Below are positions 50,622-64,000 of a DNA stretch of 64,000 nt, one piece after another (position 1 is the first letter of the stretch; each line of letters starts with the position of its first letter). The notes below the pieces were generated by a model. That model had not been told where the DNA came from and did no database searches. It worked only from the letters and a program-made list of their open reading frames with translations. Made by a program: the position numbers and the translations under genes. The DNA is from the human T2T-CHM13v2.0 reference genome, Homo sapiens: assembly GCF_009914755.1 (NCBI RefSeq), contig NC_060941.1. The stretch is one strand, 5' to 3'.

Positions 50622-50880
50622 ATGCTATGGGCTGTGTCCCCGCAATTCATATGTTGAAGCCCTAACCCTGGTGCCTCAGAATGTGACTGCATTTGAAGAT
50701 GGGATCTTTAAACAGGTAATTAAAGTTGAGTGAGGTGATGAGGGTGGTCCTAATTCAATCGGACTGATGTCCTTATAAGAAGAGATTAGAATGAAGGTGT
50801 GCACAGAGGGTCAACCATGTGAGGACACAGGGAGAAGATGGCTGTCTACAAGCCAAGGAAAAGCCTGAGGTGACACCTTT
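50622..50880 (+). mobile_element. MaLR LTR (MLT1A-like), 3'-truncated
   Basis: tgctatgggctg...attcatatgttgaagccctaacc...gtccttataagaagag...ccatgtgaggacacagggagaagatggctgtctacaagccaagga. Confidence 0.85.
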
Positions 50881-50893
50881 TCCCAGGATCCCC

Positions 50894-51195
50894 GTGGCAG
50901 ACTGATTGCATTTGATCACTTCCAGGATGAAGAGGGCAGCAAGATGTTCTCCCTGGAAGAGGCACTTACTCTGAATATGGGCTTATCTTCTCTGCCCGCA
51001 ATCCTTCCATGGAAGTATGATCTGTTAACCACAGACCTTTTCACCATCATGGTGTCCCACTCAGAATTGCTCTGACTCAGGAAGCTACTTTATATCAAAG
51101 GAATGTGGCAACGGGTCAGTGCTTGTGGAATTCACTGATGCTGCCTTGTTCCCTGCCTTCCAAAAGCAGCTGATCTGGGAGAATAGTGGAATGGA
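50894..51195 (+). mobile_element. Degenerate ERVL-class pol integrase core fragment
   Basis: Frame-broken translation gives WQ.D.I, TYSEYGL.F.ARN, HHHGVP..IA, GIH* and AA.L.E*WNG. This matches the ERVL integrase pattern WQVDYIG...DTYSGYGFA...HGIPHSIASDQG...GIHW...AAGLIERWNG. Confidence 0.7.
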
Positions 51196-51358
51196 GATTT
51201 TTCTCTCTCAGGCAAAGGAAAAAAAAAAGAACTTTACTTGATTATGACTTTCTCTCAATAGAAACACCATATTGCCAAATGCTGCAGACACTAATACGAA
51301 TGGATGACAAGGCAGCAGTCCTTGCCAGCACACTCAAGCAGGGTCAGAGAAGACACAT

Positions 51359-51821
51359 TGCAGTGGGTGGAATCACGGCCCCTGAATTATCCAGGCCCTC
51401 ACCCCTGGAACCTAGGACAGTTCCCTGACACAGAGAAAGGATCTTTGCAGATGTGATTTAAATTAAGGTCTTGAGAAGTGGGGGATTATGATAGATGACC
51501 CAGGTGGTCCTAAATGCAATCACATGTGTCTTTATCAGAGGGAGGCAGAGGGAGATTTTACTACAGACAGAAGAGGAGGTGGCCATGTGACCACGGAGGC
51601 AGAGGGTGGAGGTGGCCAGCAGCCACTAGAAACTGGAGGAGGCGAGGATTGGGGTCTCCTGGAGCCTGCAGAGGGAGCGCGGCCCTGCTGACACCTTGAT
51701 TCCGGCCCAGTGAGGCAGGTTTAGGACTCCTGGCCTCTGAACTGTGACAGAATAAATATTTGTTGTCTTCAGCCACCAAGTTTGTGCTAATTTGTTACAG
51801 CAGCCACAGGAAATGAATATA
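51359..51821 (+). mobile_element. MaLR solo LTR (MLT1D-like)
   Basis: ctttgcagatgtgatttaaattaagg...cctaaatgcaatcaca...gagggagcgcggccctgctgacaccttgatt...gaactgtgacagaataaat...tttgttacagcagccacaggaaa. Confidence 0.88.
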
Positions 51822-52576
51822 TCCATGCCAAAATTAATACATGCATTCCATTTTATATTCTTTTCCAACCTTAAAATAAAACCAACAAGTGCTTCCAGAT
51901 TTTCTTTTATAATTCTCTTTGTGCATTCAGTTCAGTAAATGTTCAAAAGGGTAATACGTTTATAAAATGTGATGCCAAATTGCATAAAATTGACCAGACT
52001 AAAGGGGAAAATTTACCATTTTATGAAATAAAATATAATTTACAGATCACCAGCATTAATTTATATCATGTCCTGCTTTGGGCTTCCAAATTCTGTTGGC
52101 AATTTTACCCTGGAAAAATATCATGAACCAAATAGGAAAACTGGTATTCTAAATACACTTCCTTCATGTGACACATTTCTTGTGTGTGGATGTAATGAGA
52201 ATTCAAAAAAAGAAAAAAAAGATGTGTTTTTATTCCTCCCTTTATTGCCAAAATTAAGGCAGTAAAAACAGGCACCAAAGGAATGAGTTAAGATAGATTT
52301 AGAAGAGGACAAGTGGAAGCCAGGCAGGGCAGAATTCTAAGATGAGGGTCAAGATCCTCACCCTCCTCCTCAGCGGTGGCCCTGGGATGTGATGCGATGT
52401 CACTCCCATGGTTATGGCACATTACATGGCAAAGACGATTTCCGCAGATGCGGAGATACAGGCTCTTCTGATGGTCTTCAAGGGGAAAAAGCCATGTTGT
52501 GGAGACAGCCACCTGGTGGGGAATGGATAGGCTTTAATCCTTCTTTAAATGTTTGGTAGCATTCAATAGGGGAGAA

Positions 52577-53001
52577 TGCTGTAGTTTGCATGTTTGACCC
52601 CTTAAAAATCTCACGTTGAGATTTATCCCCAGTGTTGGCGATGGGGCCTAATGGGAGGTATCTGGGTTATGGGGGTGGATTCCTCATGAATAGATTAGTG
52701 CTTTCCCTCAGGGTGAGTGAGCTCTTGTTCTACTAGTTCCTGGGAGAGCTGGTTGTTAAAAAGAGCCTGGCACCTCCTCCCTCTCTCTCTTGCCTCCAGT
52801 CTTGCCCTGTGACCTCTGTGCACACTGGCTTCCCTTCCCCTTCTGCCACGAGTGGAAGCTCCTTGAGGCCTCACCAGAAGCAGATGTTGGTGCCATGCTT
52901 CCTATACAGGCTGCAGAACTGTGAGCCAAGCAAATCTCTTTTCTTTATAAATTACCTAGCCTCAGGGATTCCTTTATAGCAACACATAACAGACTAAGGC
53001 A
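52577..53001 (+). mobile_element. MaLR solo LTR (MSTB-like)
   Basis: tgctgtagtttg...gagagctggttgttaaaaagagcctggcacctcc...gcagaactgtgagccaa...ctttataaattacc...acagactaaggca. Confidence 0.9.
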
Positions 53002-53009
53002 TTTGCTGT

Positions 53010-53550
53010 TTTGTATAAATGGAATCACACAACATGTGGCCTTTTGTGACTAGCTTGTTTCACTTAGCATCATTTTTTCAGCATTCATCCATGTGGTTGT
53101 GTGTATCAGGACTTCATTCTTTTTATGGCTGAATAACAATCCATTGTATGTATACACCACATTTGATGCACTCCCCACTCCTTCATCTGTTGCTGGACAC
53201 TTGGGTTGTTTACCCCTTTTGGCTGTTATGAATAATACGGCTATTAACACTGGCATGCAAGTATCTGTTTGAGTCCCTATTTTCAATGCTTTCGGGATTA
53301 TACCTAGGCATGGAAATGCATGGCCATATGGTAATTCTATGTTTAACTTTTTGAGGAAACTCCATGCCGTTTGCCACAGCGGCTGCACCATTTTCCATTC
53401 CCACCAGCAATATACAAGAGTTCCAATTTCTCCACATCCTTGCCAACACTTGTTATTTTCCATTAAAAACATTACAGGCATCCTAGTAGGTGTGAAGTGC
53501 TATCTCATTATGGTTTTGAGTTTCATTTCCCCAGTGACAAATGATGTGAG
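53010..53550 (-). mobile_element. Old L1 (L1MB-like) ORF2 C-terminus/3' region
   Basis: The minus-strand ORF 53050-53481 (NNKCWQGCGEIGTLVYCWWEWKMVQPLW...) is the L1 ORF2 C-terminal cysteine-rich region. Confidence 0.9.
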
Positions 53551-55639
53551 AATCTGGTGGCCCAGTGGGCTTGGAGATTCACTGGGCTGGATGGTGGGGA
53601 GGGTTCACCTGCCTCCTTCGTGCCCTCCCAGAGCTCAGGATGCTTTGTGATGTGGGCCTAAACTCTAGTCAGGAGAGCACATTCTTTGCTCAGGTGCCTG
53701 AGGTGGCTGTGAGCTTCAGATGATGAAGAATTTTGTTTGGTTTCTTCTGCATTTTAGTGAGCCCTGGAACTTTGGTTCCATTTTTTCATTTGTATGGAGT
53801 TGGGATCATCTTTCTGCCATCTGACTGCATTCTGTGGTGTCCACATTTGCCAGTTTGGAAAAAACATGTACCCAAATCAGGTAATGAAACCCAAGGGCTG
53901 CCCACTGAAGCAGTAGACTTTCATCTTCCCTTCCCAACTCCCATTTTTCTAAATCTATTATTGGGATGGAAAGACCTAGGGATGGGGACTCTTGGGAGAT
54001 TTAAACATCAGTAGTCTAGAATAGGTTGGGCAGGGCAGAGGCTGAGCAGGGCAGTAGTCTAGAATAGGTTGAGCAGGGACCGACCCCCTGCTAGGCATGG
54101 GGCAGGCTTCCAGGGCTAAGCCCCACACTGCAGTGCAGGCTGTGGACCAGTTTCCCTGCCCCCTGCCACCTGCCCAATGCAGGAGTCTCTGGGCCATGCC
54201 ATTCCCTTTTGGTGAGCTGGGCTGGATAGTGCTGCTAGCCTCTGGCAGACTGGTGGGACCCACAGGAGCTGTCTCAGGGGCTGGACCCTGCAGAATGCAG
54301 CCTGCATGTGCCTGAACAGCTGAGATTCCATGCCCCACAATTTAGAAATCCATGTAGAAAAGAATTCTTTATTTGAGATTGGTGGAGAAGGATCAGAAGA
54401 CCATATTTTTAAAATCAATGTATATATATGTAGTATGTATTTATTTTTTACTTAGTTTTGCACCTACACTATACACAGGATCAATCAATTTTAAAAATGA
54501 ATAACACGGAAACGAGACAGATCTCAATGAAACCCATGTAAGATTATTGATCACATGATTCTTAATCATGCTCTCTCAGGATCTCAAACTCACCAAAATG
54601 GACCTGCCTCCTGGATTCCGTGGCGAACAGGCTGTGAGAGTGTCCCTTCTGGTTCTGCTCACAGGCTACAGAGGGCAGCAAACAGGACAAGAATCTGTCT
54701 TCGACTCAAGAGCAGCCAGAGACCCTTAGCAGTGGAGGGAGAAATAGGTGTATGGGACTCAAGACCCCTTGCCCAGGAAGATGAGCAGGTCCTGCACCCC
54801 AGTTCCTGCCATGGGGTCCAATAAGAGGAACTTAGTGTCAGTGATTTCTTCTTCTGAAGAGAGGGAAGGGTAAACCTAGCCATGGCATGAAGCCTTGGGC
54901 AGAGCCCAGGCCCACTGAGCAGCAGAGCCATCTCTTGGGTAAAGGGCATATGGACACCAAGAGACAAGTGAGCCATTGCCTGGAGCCTCCAGAGGATGGC
55001 AGGCTCATGCCTGGAGCCAACACAAGGAAAAGAAGTCCACCCAAGGGGGTGATCAAGGCCCAGGCAGAGCCACCCTGTGATTGCAGGGCACCCACCTCTG
55101 CGAGCACAGCAGAGGGCGGAGGGCTGCAGCTCTGTGCGCCTGAGTGTCAGAGAGCTCCACACAATAAGAAGGTCACAGGTGGCGTCTGAGAAACCAAGCA
55201 ACCTTGCAGTCACCCACTCCCAGGCTTCTAGGGAATGTTTTCCCAGCCAGATCCTGACAGCCCGTAACAGAGCAGCAGGGCCATGGGCCATGCTCACACA
55301 TGGCAGTTTCCTTGAGTCACCCAGAAAGTCCTCCTCCATCCTCAATCCCAGCAACATGATGGCCTTACTTCTCACTACCAGCCACGCTGAATCTTCCTGA
55401 ATGGATACATTTATTTACCAAGGAAGGACAGTGTTTTTTCCTCTCTGTGCTGAGTTTGGGGGAAGTTTAGAATATCCCAGGAACTGGAGCTGAGGGAAAA
55501 GGTTGGCTTCAGCTCTTTCAGAGAGCCGGCTTGGACTTCTGGAAACTGACCAGCACCTGGCAGGAGGTTTGAAGCCATGTGGGACACCCATGGTCATCCC
55601 AGGTTTCTTCACTTGTTTCTGTGAATACTACCTTTAGAA

Positions 55640-55697
55640 AACCAATACAAAAAACAACGAACAAACAAACAAACAAACAAAAAACAAAAAACAAACC
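55640..55697. repeat. (CAAA)n A-rich simple repeat
   Basis: Direct reading. Confidence 0.85.
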
Positions 55698-56379
55698 CAA
55701 GCACTCAGGGACTTAGAAAGTGAGAAGACTCATCAAAGAACAAGCGTCAGGACCTGGTCTTGTCAGTCCTTCCGTGCCCTCGTTCTACTGAACTGCATAG
55801 CCACCAAGGTGCCGGGGCTGCACGGGAACCAGACAGTCACAGTTCTATTGTTCAGTCTCCAGGGCAAAAAGAGACCAGAACCTTTACATATCCTGAACAT
55901 GGAACTAAGATTTGGGAGTCTTGAGGCTCTAAGTTCAGAAGGGTGAGGAACAATGGCCATGACTGAATACTTGGGAGGAGAATTGCTTTCATGTGTCCCC
56001 AGAGATCCCATCCACCCCAGTTGGAAGCTGGGGACACCAGCACTGCTCCCTGACTCTTAGCTTAGCCTCAGCTGACCCCGAGCTTCCCCTGCCCCTCCCT
56101 GTATGGGAACCCAGCACTCCTGGCCCAGCCTGTGTCTTGACAGTGGGGAGGGAGGCTGAGGGGCAGGCAGGAAGGGCAGAGCCCTGGCATACCTGGCAGT
56201 GGAAGGAGAAGCTGTTACCAGGCAGGGCAAAGAGCACAGGGAGCCCCACAGGTCTTCAAGTAGCACTCGCTTGCTTTCCAGCCACTGGAAGGAGCTGATG
56301 CCATGCTAGAGACATGGAAATTAACTCACAGCCCACCACCTTCCCCCCACCACAAGACAGCCCCGCCTGAAAGTAGGCA

Positions 56380-57330
56380 TACTTACCTTAAAAAAAAAGC
56401 TCATATGGACAGGCAAAGGACCTGGCAAAGCTAATGCAATTTTGAAAAACAAGGCCAGGGGAGGTGGCTCATGCCTGTAATCCCAGCACTTTGGAAGGGT
56501 GAGGTGGACAGATCACTTGAGGCCAGCAATTGGAGACTGGCCTGGCCAACATGGCGAAGCCCTGTCTCTACTAAAAACACAAAAATTAGCTGGGCCTGGT
56601 GGCACACACCTGTAATCACAGCTACCCGGGAGGCTGCATCACTTGACCCCAGGAGGCAGAGATTGCAGCGAGCCAAGATTATGTGCTCCAGCCTGGGCAA
56701 CAGAGCGTGACTCTGACTCCAAAAAAAAAAAAAGAAAAAAAAGAAAGAAAACAAGAATAAAGTTGCCCCTATTTCAATACTTATTACACAGTGGATAAAG
56801 ACTGTGCCCATAGGCAGAGGGACAGACACTTCGATCAACAGGACAGAATGGAGACCCAAATTAAAGTGCCCAAATGATTTTTGACAAATGTGCTCAAGCA
56901 ATTCATGGGGGGAAAGGTGGCCGCTCTGTCACATGGAAGTAGGGAAATCGCACATCACAGGCACAGCAAGCAGGCAGGCAGGCAGAGAGAGAGCTCCTGA
57001 CCTAGACTCTGAAGCCTCACCGTGTACAAACATTCACTCGAGGTGGATCACACACTTCAATGTGAAACGCAAAACTGGAAAACTTTAGGGAAAAGGATTC
57101 TAAGAGAAAAGTTAGGTATCTAGGGCTAGGTAAAGATCTTTGAAGGCTTGACCGCAAAAGCACGATCTGTAAAGAGAAGTGGATAAATTGGAAGTCATCA
57201 AAATAACTCATGCTCTATGAAAGACCCTCTTAAGAGGATGAAATGACTAAACACAGACTGGGAGTCTGATCCAGGTCTCACATCCAGAACATATAAAGAA
57301 CCCTCAAAACTCTTCAATAACTTGATTGGG
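56380..57330 (+). mobile_element. Old L1 ORF2 relic interrupted by an Alu
   Basis: caaatgatttttgacaaa...caagcaattcatggggg...aggtggatcaca...aatgtgaaa...ggataaattggaagtcatcaaaat...tccagaacatataaagaac. Confidence 0.75.
56453..56750 (+). mobile_element. AluS (Sz-like, diverged)
   Basis: ggccaggggaggtggctcatgcctgtaatcccagcactttgg...; A tail; flanks share aaaacaag. Confidence 0.88.
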
Positions 57331-59086
57331 CCATGATCAGCCTCCTGGCCTCCCCTCCCTGCCTAGAAGTTCCCAGGCTCCTGGGCGCCCTCTTGGAATT
57401 AGAGAATCTTTCGGGGTCCCCGGAGTGACTTTCCTTCCTGCATGTATGACAGGAAGGGGAACCCGGGCAGGAATTTACAGACACTGTACTCGTCCTAATG
57501 GAATGGGCATCTATTGCATGAGACACATCACAAGCCACTGCCCAACAACAGAGAGACTATGGCAAGGACAAGAGGGACATGCTGCATGGGGCAGGTTGCA
57601 GGCCAGAGTGCAGCCATGCTCCAGGGCCTCCTGGGGAGATGGGGTGCGCGTCCAGGTGGGAGAAGTGGGCTTTCAGGACAAGAGGAGGGATGGCTTTCCA
57701 GGGCTGGGGCCAATTCCTTCCTCATCTTCCATCTCTCAATTCCACATTCTTCCTCCTCACTCACCACAGTCATGGGGGCTGAATTTCTGAATTCCTAAGA
57801 CTCCCCTCTCCCGGGGAACTGGTGGCTGTCCTGCCCACCTCTCGGATGGCTCCTCCCATCCCTGGCCACATCCACCCCTGGATGCTTCTTGCCCTCACAC
57901 AGTCCCACAGCCAGCCCCAAAACTGAGCGCCCACAGTGTTTAGAATCCTGCAGCCGCTGGCCCCAGGCTTTGACTCCACGGGCTGAGGCCTTTAAGGACA
58001 TCGGCAGGACTGAGCCAAAGGAGCGCCGCCCACCCAGCCAGAGAACACTGATGCAGGGAGATGGAAATAGGATTTAGTTACTGAGACCTTGTTTACACAA
58101 AAATATTCTAAGAGAACTCATAGATGGGAGGGAGTAAACCAGTCTCTGTGGCCCATGGAGAGAGGCTCAGGACAAGTGGGGTCATGGAGAGGAGCCGGGA
58201 GCAGAGGATGAAAAGCAGGAAGTTTCAATGTATGTGGTTTAAATGGCCTGGCTCAGCAGGACCCCAGGGGTTCCAAGTCCACTCCTGGTGAGGCCCTGAA
58301 TAACTCGTCTCTGCAGGCAGCAGGGAGCCACTGCAGGTTTGGGAGGGAGGGAGGGTCATAATGAATAGCGGGTTTGAGAGATTCCTAGGGCGTTTTCTTC
58401 CTAATCTCATGATGGGGTTAGGTAAACAGCCTCAGCCTCAACCCTGCTCCTGCTGCTGCCTCTGCCCTCAGATTCTGCCTCTGGGTCTCTAGGCAGAGGT
58501 GCTGTTGCCCCGGAGAGGGTGCTTGACCTTCCAAGGGTTCCCGCTGCTCAGAGGCACACAATTTAGCATATAATTAGAGCATCGAACAGGGAATACTGTG
58601 CTAGTTCCTAGGAAACATTTCCTCTGGGCACAGTCCACCGCATATGCTGCAATTGCACCCAATGGCCCATCCACAGGCTTTGATATCACAGATCCATTTT
58701 AGACCCTTTCTCACAAAGGAATGGAAAGAAAAGAAAGTTGAATGCAAATTAAGTACACTCTGTCACAGCCTCGCTATCAGGGTTTCCTGGATCTACAGCA
58801 CATAAACCTTTCAAACATCACACTGACTACAAAGCAGTCATCGGAATGATCCTTTTGCCAAATATTCAAAGAAAAGAAGCGCAAAGCATGTACAAAGGTT
58901 CCAGAGGGTGCAAAGAAAGCCTTTCTATTGCTAGGCATAAAGCTATCACAAAGCAACAGGGCTGTGAGGGTCCCCAGAACAAATTAGTATATACAAAAAG
59001 ACTAAGTTGCTCCCTTCCACTGGAGCTAGGAACACCTTGAAAAAAATGAACTGGGGTTGAAGGCAGCTGACTCAATTACATATATC

Positions 59087-59093
<7 letters not shown>

Positions 59094-59130
<37 letters not shown>

Positions 59131-59136
59131 CACACA
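59094..59136. repeat. (CA)n microsatellite
   Basis: Direct reading. Confidence 0.95.
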
Positions 59137-59760
59137 TTTTGCCAGATCTAAAATATACTACAAAGTGTCTCTACTAAAGCCATAATATACAGCACAGCAA
59201 TAGACCAGCTGACCCATGAAGACTACAAAGTCTGGAAATATCCCAGCTATGTGTGGGAATTTGATATATGATAAAGGCATCATGTCAAATCACTGAGGAA
59301 AAGATGGACTTTTAAATAAATGGTGCTGGGAAAACTAGATGGCCATCCTGAAAACAACGAGATTGGGTACACATCTCACATGTCACACAAGATCAAACTC
59401 CAATCGACTGGAGATTTAAATGTGGAAACTGAAACCATGTAAGAACCAGAAGTGAACATGAGTAATTCTATGAAAACCTGGATGTAGAGAAGGCTTTTAT
59501 CATTATGCTTCAAAGAATCTGATGCACTCACAGAATGAACTAGCAAATTAATACATAAATATTAAATGAAACCTTTTTACATGGCCAAAAACACCATAAA
59601 TGACAGCAAAATACAAGTAAAAAATTGGGAGACAATGTTTGCAGCAGATAGAAGGTTAATCTAGCTAATATTTAAAAAGTCTTGAAATTGACAGAAAAAA
59701 AGAAAAATGTGAATACAAATGGTCCTTAAAGCATCTTTGAATATTTGCAGCTCAGATGCA
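59137..59760 (+). mobile_element. Old L1 ORF2 relic
   Basis: aatttgatatatgataaaggcatcat...aataaatggtgctgggaaaactaga...gatttaaatgtg...aaacaccataaa. Confidence 0.75.
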
Positions 59761-62171
59761 GAGACCCTAGGGAATCCTACTGTTGGCCACCTACAGGAGG
59801 AAACGAAAATGAGACTGCTCAGGACTGCGGGGTGAGCCCTACAGTTCTCCCTGGACATGGCCTGTTCAGACTCAAACCCAACCCACACCCCAGGTGTGTA
59901 GAAGCCTGGTGAGGGCAGGAGGGGGCAGCGAGGGTCCACAGAACCTTCAAGTCCACCAGATGTGGCCCACCCTGAGGGCCGGGATCCCAACCTAGGCACT
60001 TGGTGGCTGAGGAAACCATGGTGGGTGTTTGGATGACTCTGCCTGGGCCTGTGTCCAAGGATGCAAATGACCACCCTCAGTGATTCCACCAAGGCCAGGG
60101 AGGCCTCGCCTCGGTCGGGGAGCAGCAGGTGGCAAATTGGAGCCCTGGCTGGGCAAACAGGAGCCTTGGCTGAGTTAGTGTGACCCAGGATGAGTCAAGG
60201 CTGAATGAGTTGAGTGTCCAATCCTCTTGCTGGTGGGTGGGGATCACGTCCCCTCAACTGGAAACAGGGCGGGCTCTGAGACAGCTGTGCCCACTGAAGG
60301 GCGGGGAAAGATTCACCTGCTGGTTTCTGGCCCAGGACTGAGGACACTGGCACCTTTCCCTGCCTGTCTCTTGGGGCTTTCTTTTCATGATCCCTGAGCC
60401 TCCATGGAAGAAGTCCAACCACCTGAGACCAGCAGGCTGGAGGCCAGGTGCAGGTTCTCTGGAAGCAACCCTTCCAAGGCACGAGTGCGGCCATCCAAGT
60501 CTGAAACCAGCCCAGACACCACTGAAAACCATCATGCGTCCCAGGTGGAGACCACATAGAGCAGAAGAATCTTACAGGAAAGACTTGGGATTCCTAGAAG
60601 TATTCTTGGTATGATGGTCATACAAGACCATAGAAAGACACACAGGTATTATAATGGTTGAGTTTGTTCCATGGAAACAGTGGGACTAATTATAAATCTC
60701 ATTAAAGGATATGAGCGAAGACTGAGGACCAAACTCCTGTTTAGGTTAAGTGTGTGTACATAGATCTTCTATTTACTTAGAACTCTTCAGGAAATTTGCA
60801 TGAGAAATGGCCAATGACTATCTCTTGGAATGAGAGCCAGAGGTGATGAATGGCATTTTATTTTGATTTTACACACTCTTCACTGTATGATCATTTTATA
60901 CTAAATATGCATAATAAAGATAAAATCTTCTGATAATTAGTCACATAAATATGAGATTCACAATATGAGAGACAAATACAACTAAAAACAAAACAGACCC
61001 AGGCAATTGCATCATATGTGATCCAATCCTATCACTTTAAAATTATCCAAAGGAATTATGCACATTTGCTAAGATTTTAAATAATGTGATTCTTCTCAGT
61101 TCTCTGTAAGTGTGACAAATTGGAAGTATAACATTGATCTCACACTGAATCTTGTATAAAAACAATGAACTCTAATGCAATGATTTTTATATTAAATTTA
61201 CTTACATAATTAAACATATCAAGGAATTAAAGGGAGGAGTATTGTCATCTGGAATCAGAAGAGCTCACAGCCATCTCCACTGTTGATTGAAGATTTGAGT
61301 GAGGGGTCTTAGAGACTGAGTCAGTGGGCTGGGGTCTAGGCTTCACTCCTTTTTGGATCAGGTAACTTTAACTTTGTGTCTGTTTCATTGTTTATTTAGC
61401 ACTGCTGGTACAAACACAGAAGAGCAATTGATCCTCACTGGTGTTCTTCAGGGACAGCTGGTGGTAGGTGAGGGTGAGCTGGGAGGAAGGTGGCATTTTG
61501 GGAGGGAAAGAGTGTCCACTCCCCAAGCAGTTTGATTTTCTGGGGCTGTCCCTTTGACACCAAAGATGAGCCCTTACTGTTCTTTTCTATTTCTCTAAGC
61601 TCCTTCTGAGAATCACAGGTTAAGAATTTTTTTTGTACTAGTACTAATTATAATAAACTTTTGATTTTACTGCCAATTTAAAAAATTATATTTCATTTTT
61701 CTCCATTCACAGTAGCAAATCTGTGAACAGATGCTTTGCCTGTATTAATATGCTCTTGTTCTATGTATTCTGCTTTCATGAATCTAGTTATGCAGTATTT
61801 AATTTTTGCCCTTTATTGATTACAAATACCATTTCAAGGAAAGCACATTTTTTTGAGTCTTGAAGGAGAAAAGGGCTTTCCACAGGTAAGGCAGGTGGGA
61901 GTGAGATCAAGTTAGGATGTTGACCAAGAATGGTTTACACAGCAAAGCAGTGCTTACAACTACAAAGGTGCTTGCAGGCATCTGTCTGGAGGTCTCCTCA
62001 ATAGCAAAGCTCCTATCCTGCCCTTTATATTAATGCGTTTAGAGCCTCACTCCATTTCCCTGGCGGCTTGGACTTTCTCAATTTTTTCACTTCTGGCCAC
62101 CTTGTGCAGATGTTTCCAGAATGGGGAATCTTTAATCCTATTTCTGCCCAAGTTCATTCCTGGGTAGTTCT

Positions 62172-62581
62172 ATTATAGTTTGGATATTTGTTTCCTCCAA
62201 ATCGTATGTTGAAATTTACCCTCAGTGTTGGAGGTGGGGCCTAACGGGGGCAGATCCTTCGTGAATGGATTTAATGCCCTCCCTCAGGGGTGAATGAGCT
62301 CTTGAGCTCTATTAATCTCAGGGAGAGCTGGTTGTTAAAAAGAGCCTGAACATCCCCTGTCTCTCTTGCCTCCTGTCTCAGCATGTAAACACTGCACAGG
62401 CCAGCTTCCCTTCCCCTTCCACCACAAGAAGAAGCCACTTGAGGTCTCACCAGAAGCAGAGCAGATGCCAGCATCATGCTTTCAGTGCAGCCTGCAGACC
62501 GTGAGCCAAACAGACCTCTTTTCTTTATAAATTACCCACTCTCAGGTGTTCCTTTATAGCTACACGAAACAGACCAAGACA
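62172..62581 (+). mobile_element. MaLR solo LTR (MSTB-like)
   Basis: Same hallmarks as the 52577 copy (gagagctggttgttaaaaagagcctg, ttctttataaattacc...cctttatagc...agaccaagaca). Confidence 0.88.
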
Positions 62582-63131
62582 AGCTCCCTTCCTCCATTTG
62601 TCACAACCGTTGAGACACTTGTTTTCCTGGTTTTGTTTGTCTTAGTTGTTTTTGACTTTGCCTGGTCTTCTTCCTCAGTTGTTATCTATATTTAGGAGCA
62701 TGTATTTCACAGGGATAAAATATTCACTAACGAATACTTCTATTTTATTTTCACCCACATTTTAAAAAGATACAATTCTCGCTTTTGTGGTAGCAAATGT
62801 AAGAGATTTTCATTACTAAATGGCATTTTATACATTTTTCTTATAGGAATTGATTGATGTACATATTTCTAACTTCCTATATGGATCGCTTCCTCACATT
62901 TTCTTACCTTAAAGAATGACTTTTGTAGTTCTTGACAGATGAAAGGGCTTTTCTCAGAGACTGTAGCAGGAAGACAGAGCAGGTGTGGGGGTTCCTTAGA
63001 AGGGGAGGGCTGGGGGGGCAAGTTGCATGACACACCTCCTCAGCTGGCTCCTGGGAATGAAGACAAGGGGCTGTTTAACTACAGACACACTCAGCACCAT
63101 GAGAAAGCTAAAACAAACAAACAAAAATCTA

Positions 63132-64000
<869 letters not shown>

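Noticed and set aside
52506-52521. CTCF-like CCACCAGGTGGC on the minus strand
   Set aside because: Single motif inside an LTR fragment with an imperfect 3' flank; it cannot be supported without ChIP data.
54659-55375. 238-aa minus-strand ORF downstream of the gene
   Set aside because: No recognisable domain, splice structure or codon bias. It may overlap a very old retroviral relic, but I cannot support that without a search.
52577-62581. Two co-oriented MSTB-like LTRs as the ends of one provirus
   Set aside because: They differ by many substitutions and an indel, and the 9 kb between them is L1, Alu and unique DNA rather than MST internal sequence; they are independent solo LTRs.

Overview
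Human (primate) genomic DNA covering most of the inward-rectifier K+ channel gene KCNJ12 (Kir2.2) on the + strand. The window starts inside intron 1, so exon 1 and the promoter lie upstream and are not visible. It contains a 122-nt non-coding exon (29443-29564) and a large last exon starting at 36211. That exon holds the whole uninterrupted 433-aa CDS (36267-37568) and a 3' UTR with proximal (AATAAA 38273) and distal (ATTAAA 40770) poly(A) signals. Diagnostic residues (S15, I100, R118, P156, E430) match Kir2.2 rather than the near-identical paralogue KCNJ18/Kir2.6, as recalled from the literature. Up to about 47.5 kb the DNA is GC-rich with Alu, MIR, L2 and LTR relics; beyond that it is AT-richer and packed with old L1, MaLR, ERVL and Tigger fragments. 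No other credible protein-coding gene, RNA gene or CRISPR array is present, and almost all ORF-track entries are chance or repeat-derived. I found no new multi-gene system. The best leads are: (1) a uORF-bearing 5' UTR exon sandwiched between two YCAY-dense (NOVA-type) repeat blocks; (2) an alternative-polyadenylation switch gating an ARE, a GU tract and a VNTR; (3) a circularly permuted templated micro-insertion that supplies the acceptor of a cryptic exon whose donor is hairpin-masked; (4) two Alus inserted at one target site with a triplicated TSD; (5) a perfect 15-bp hairpin. Repeat subfamily names are recognised by eye, and repeat boundaries are approximate unless TSDs are given.
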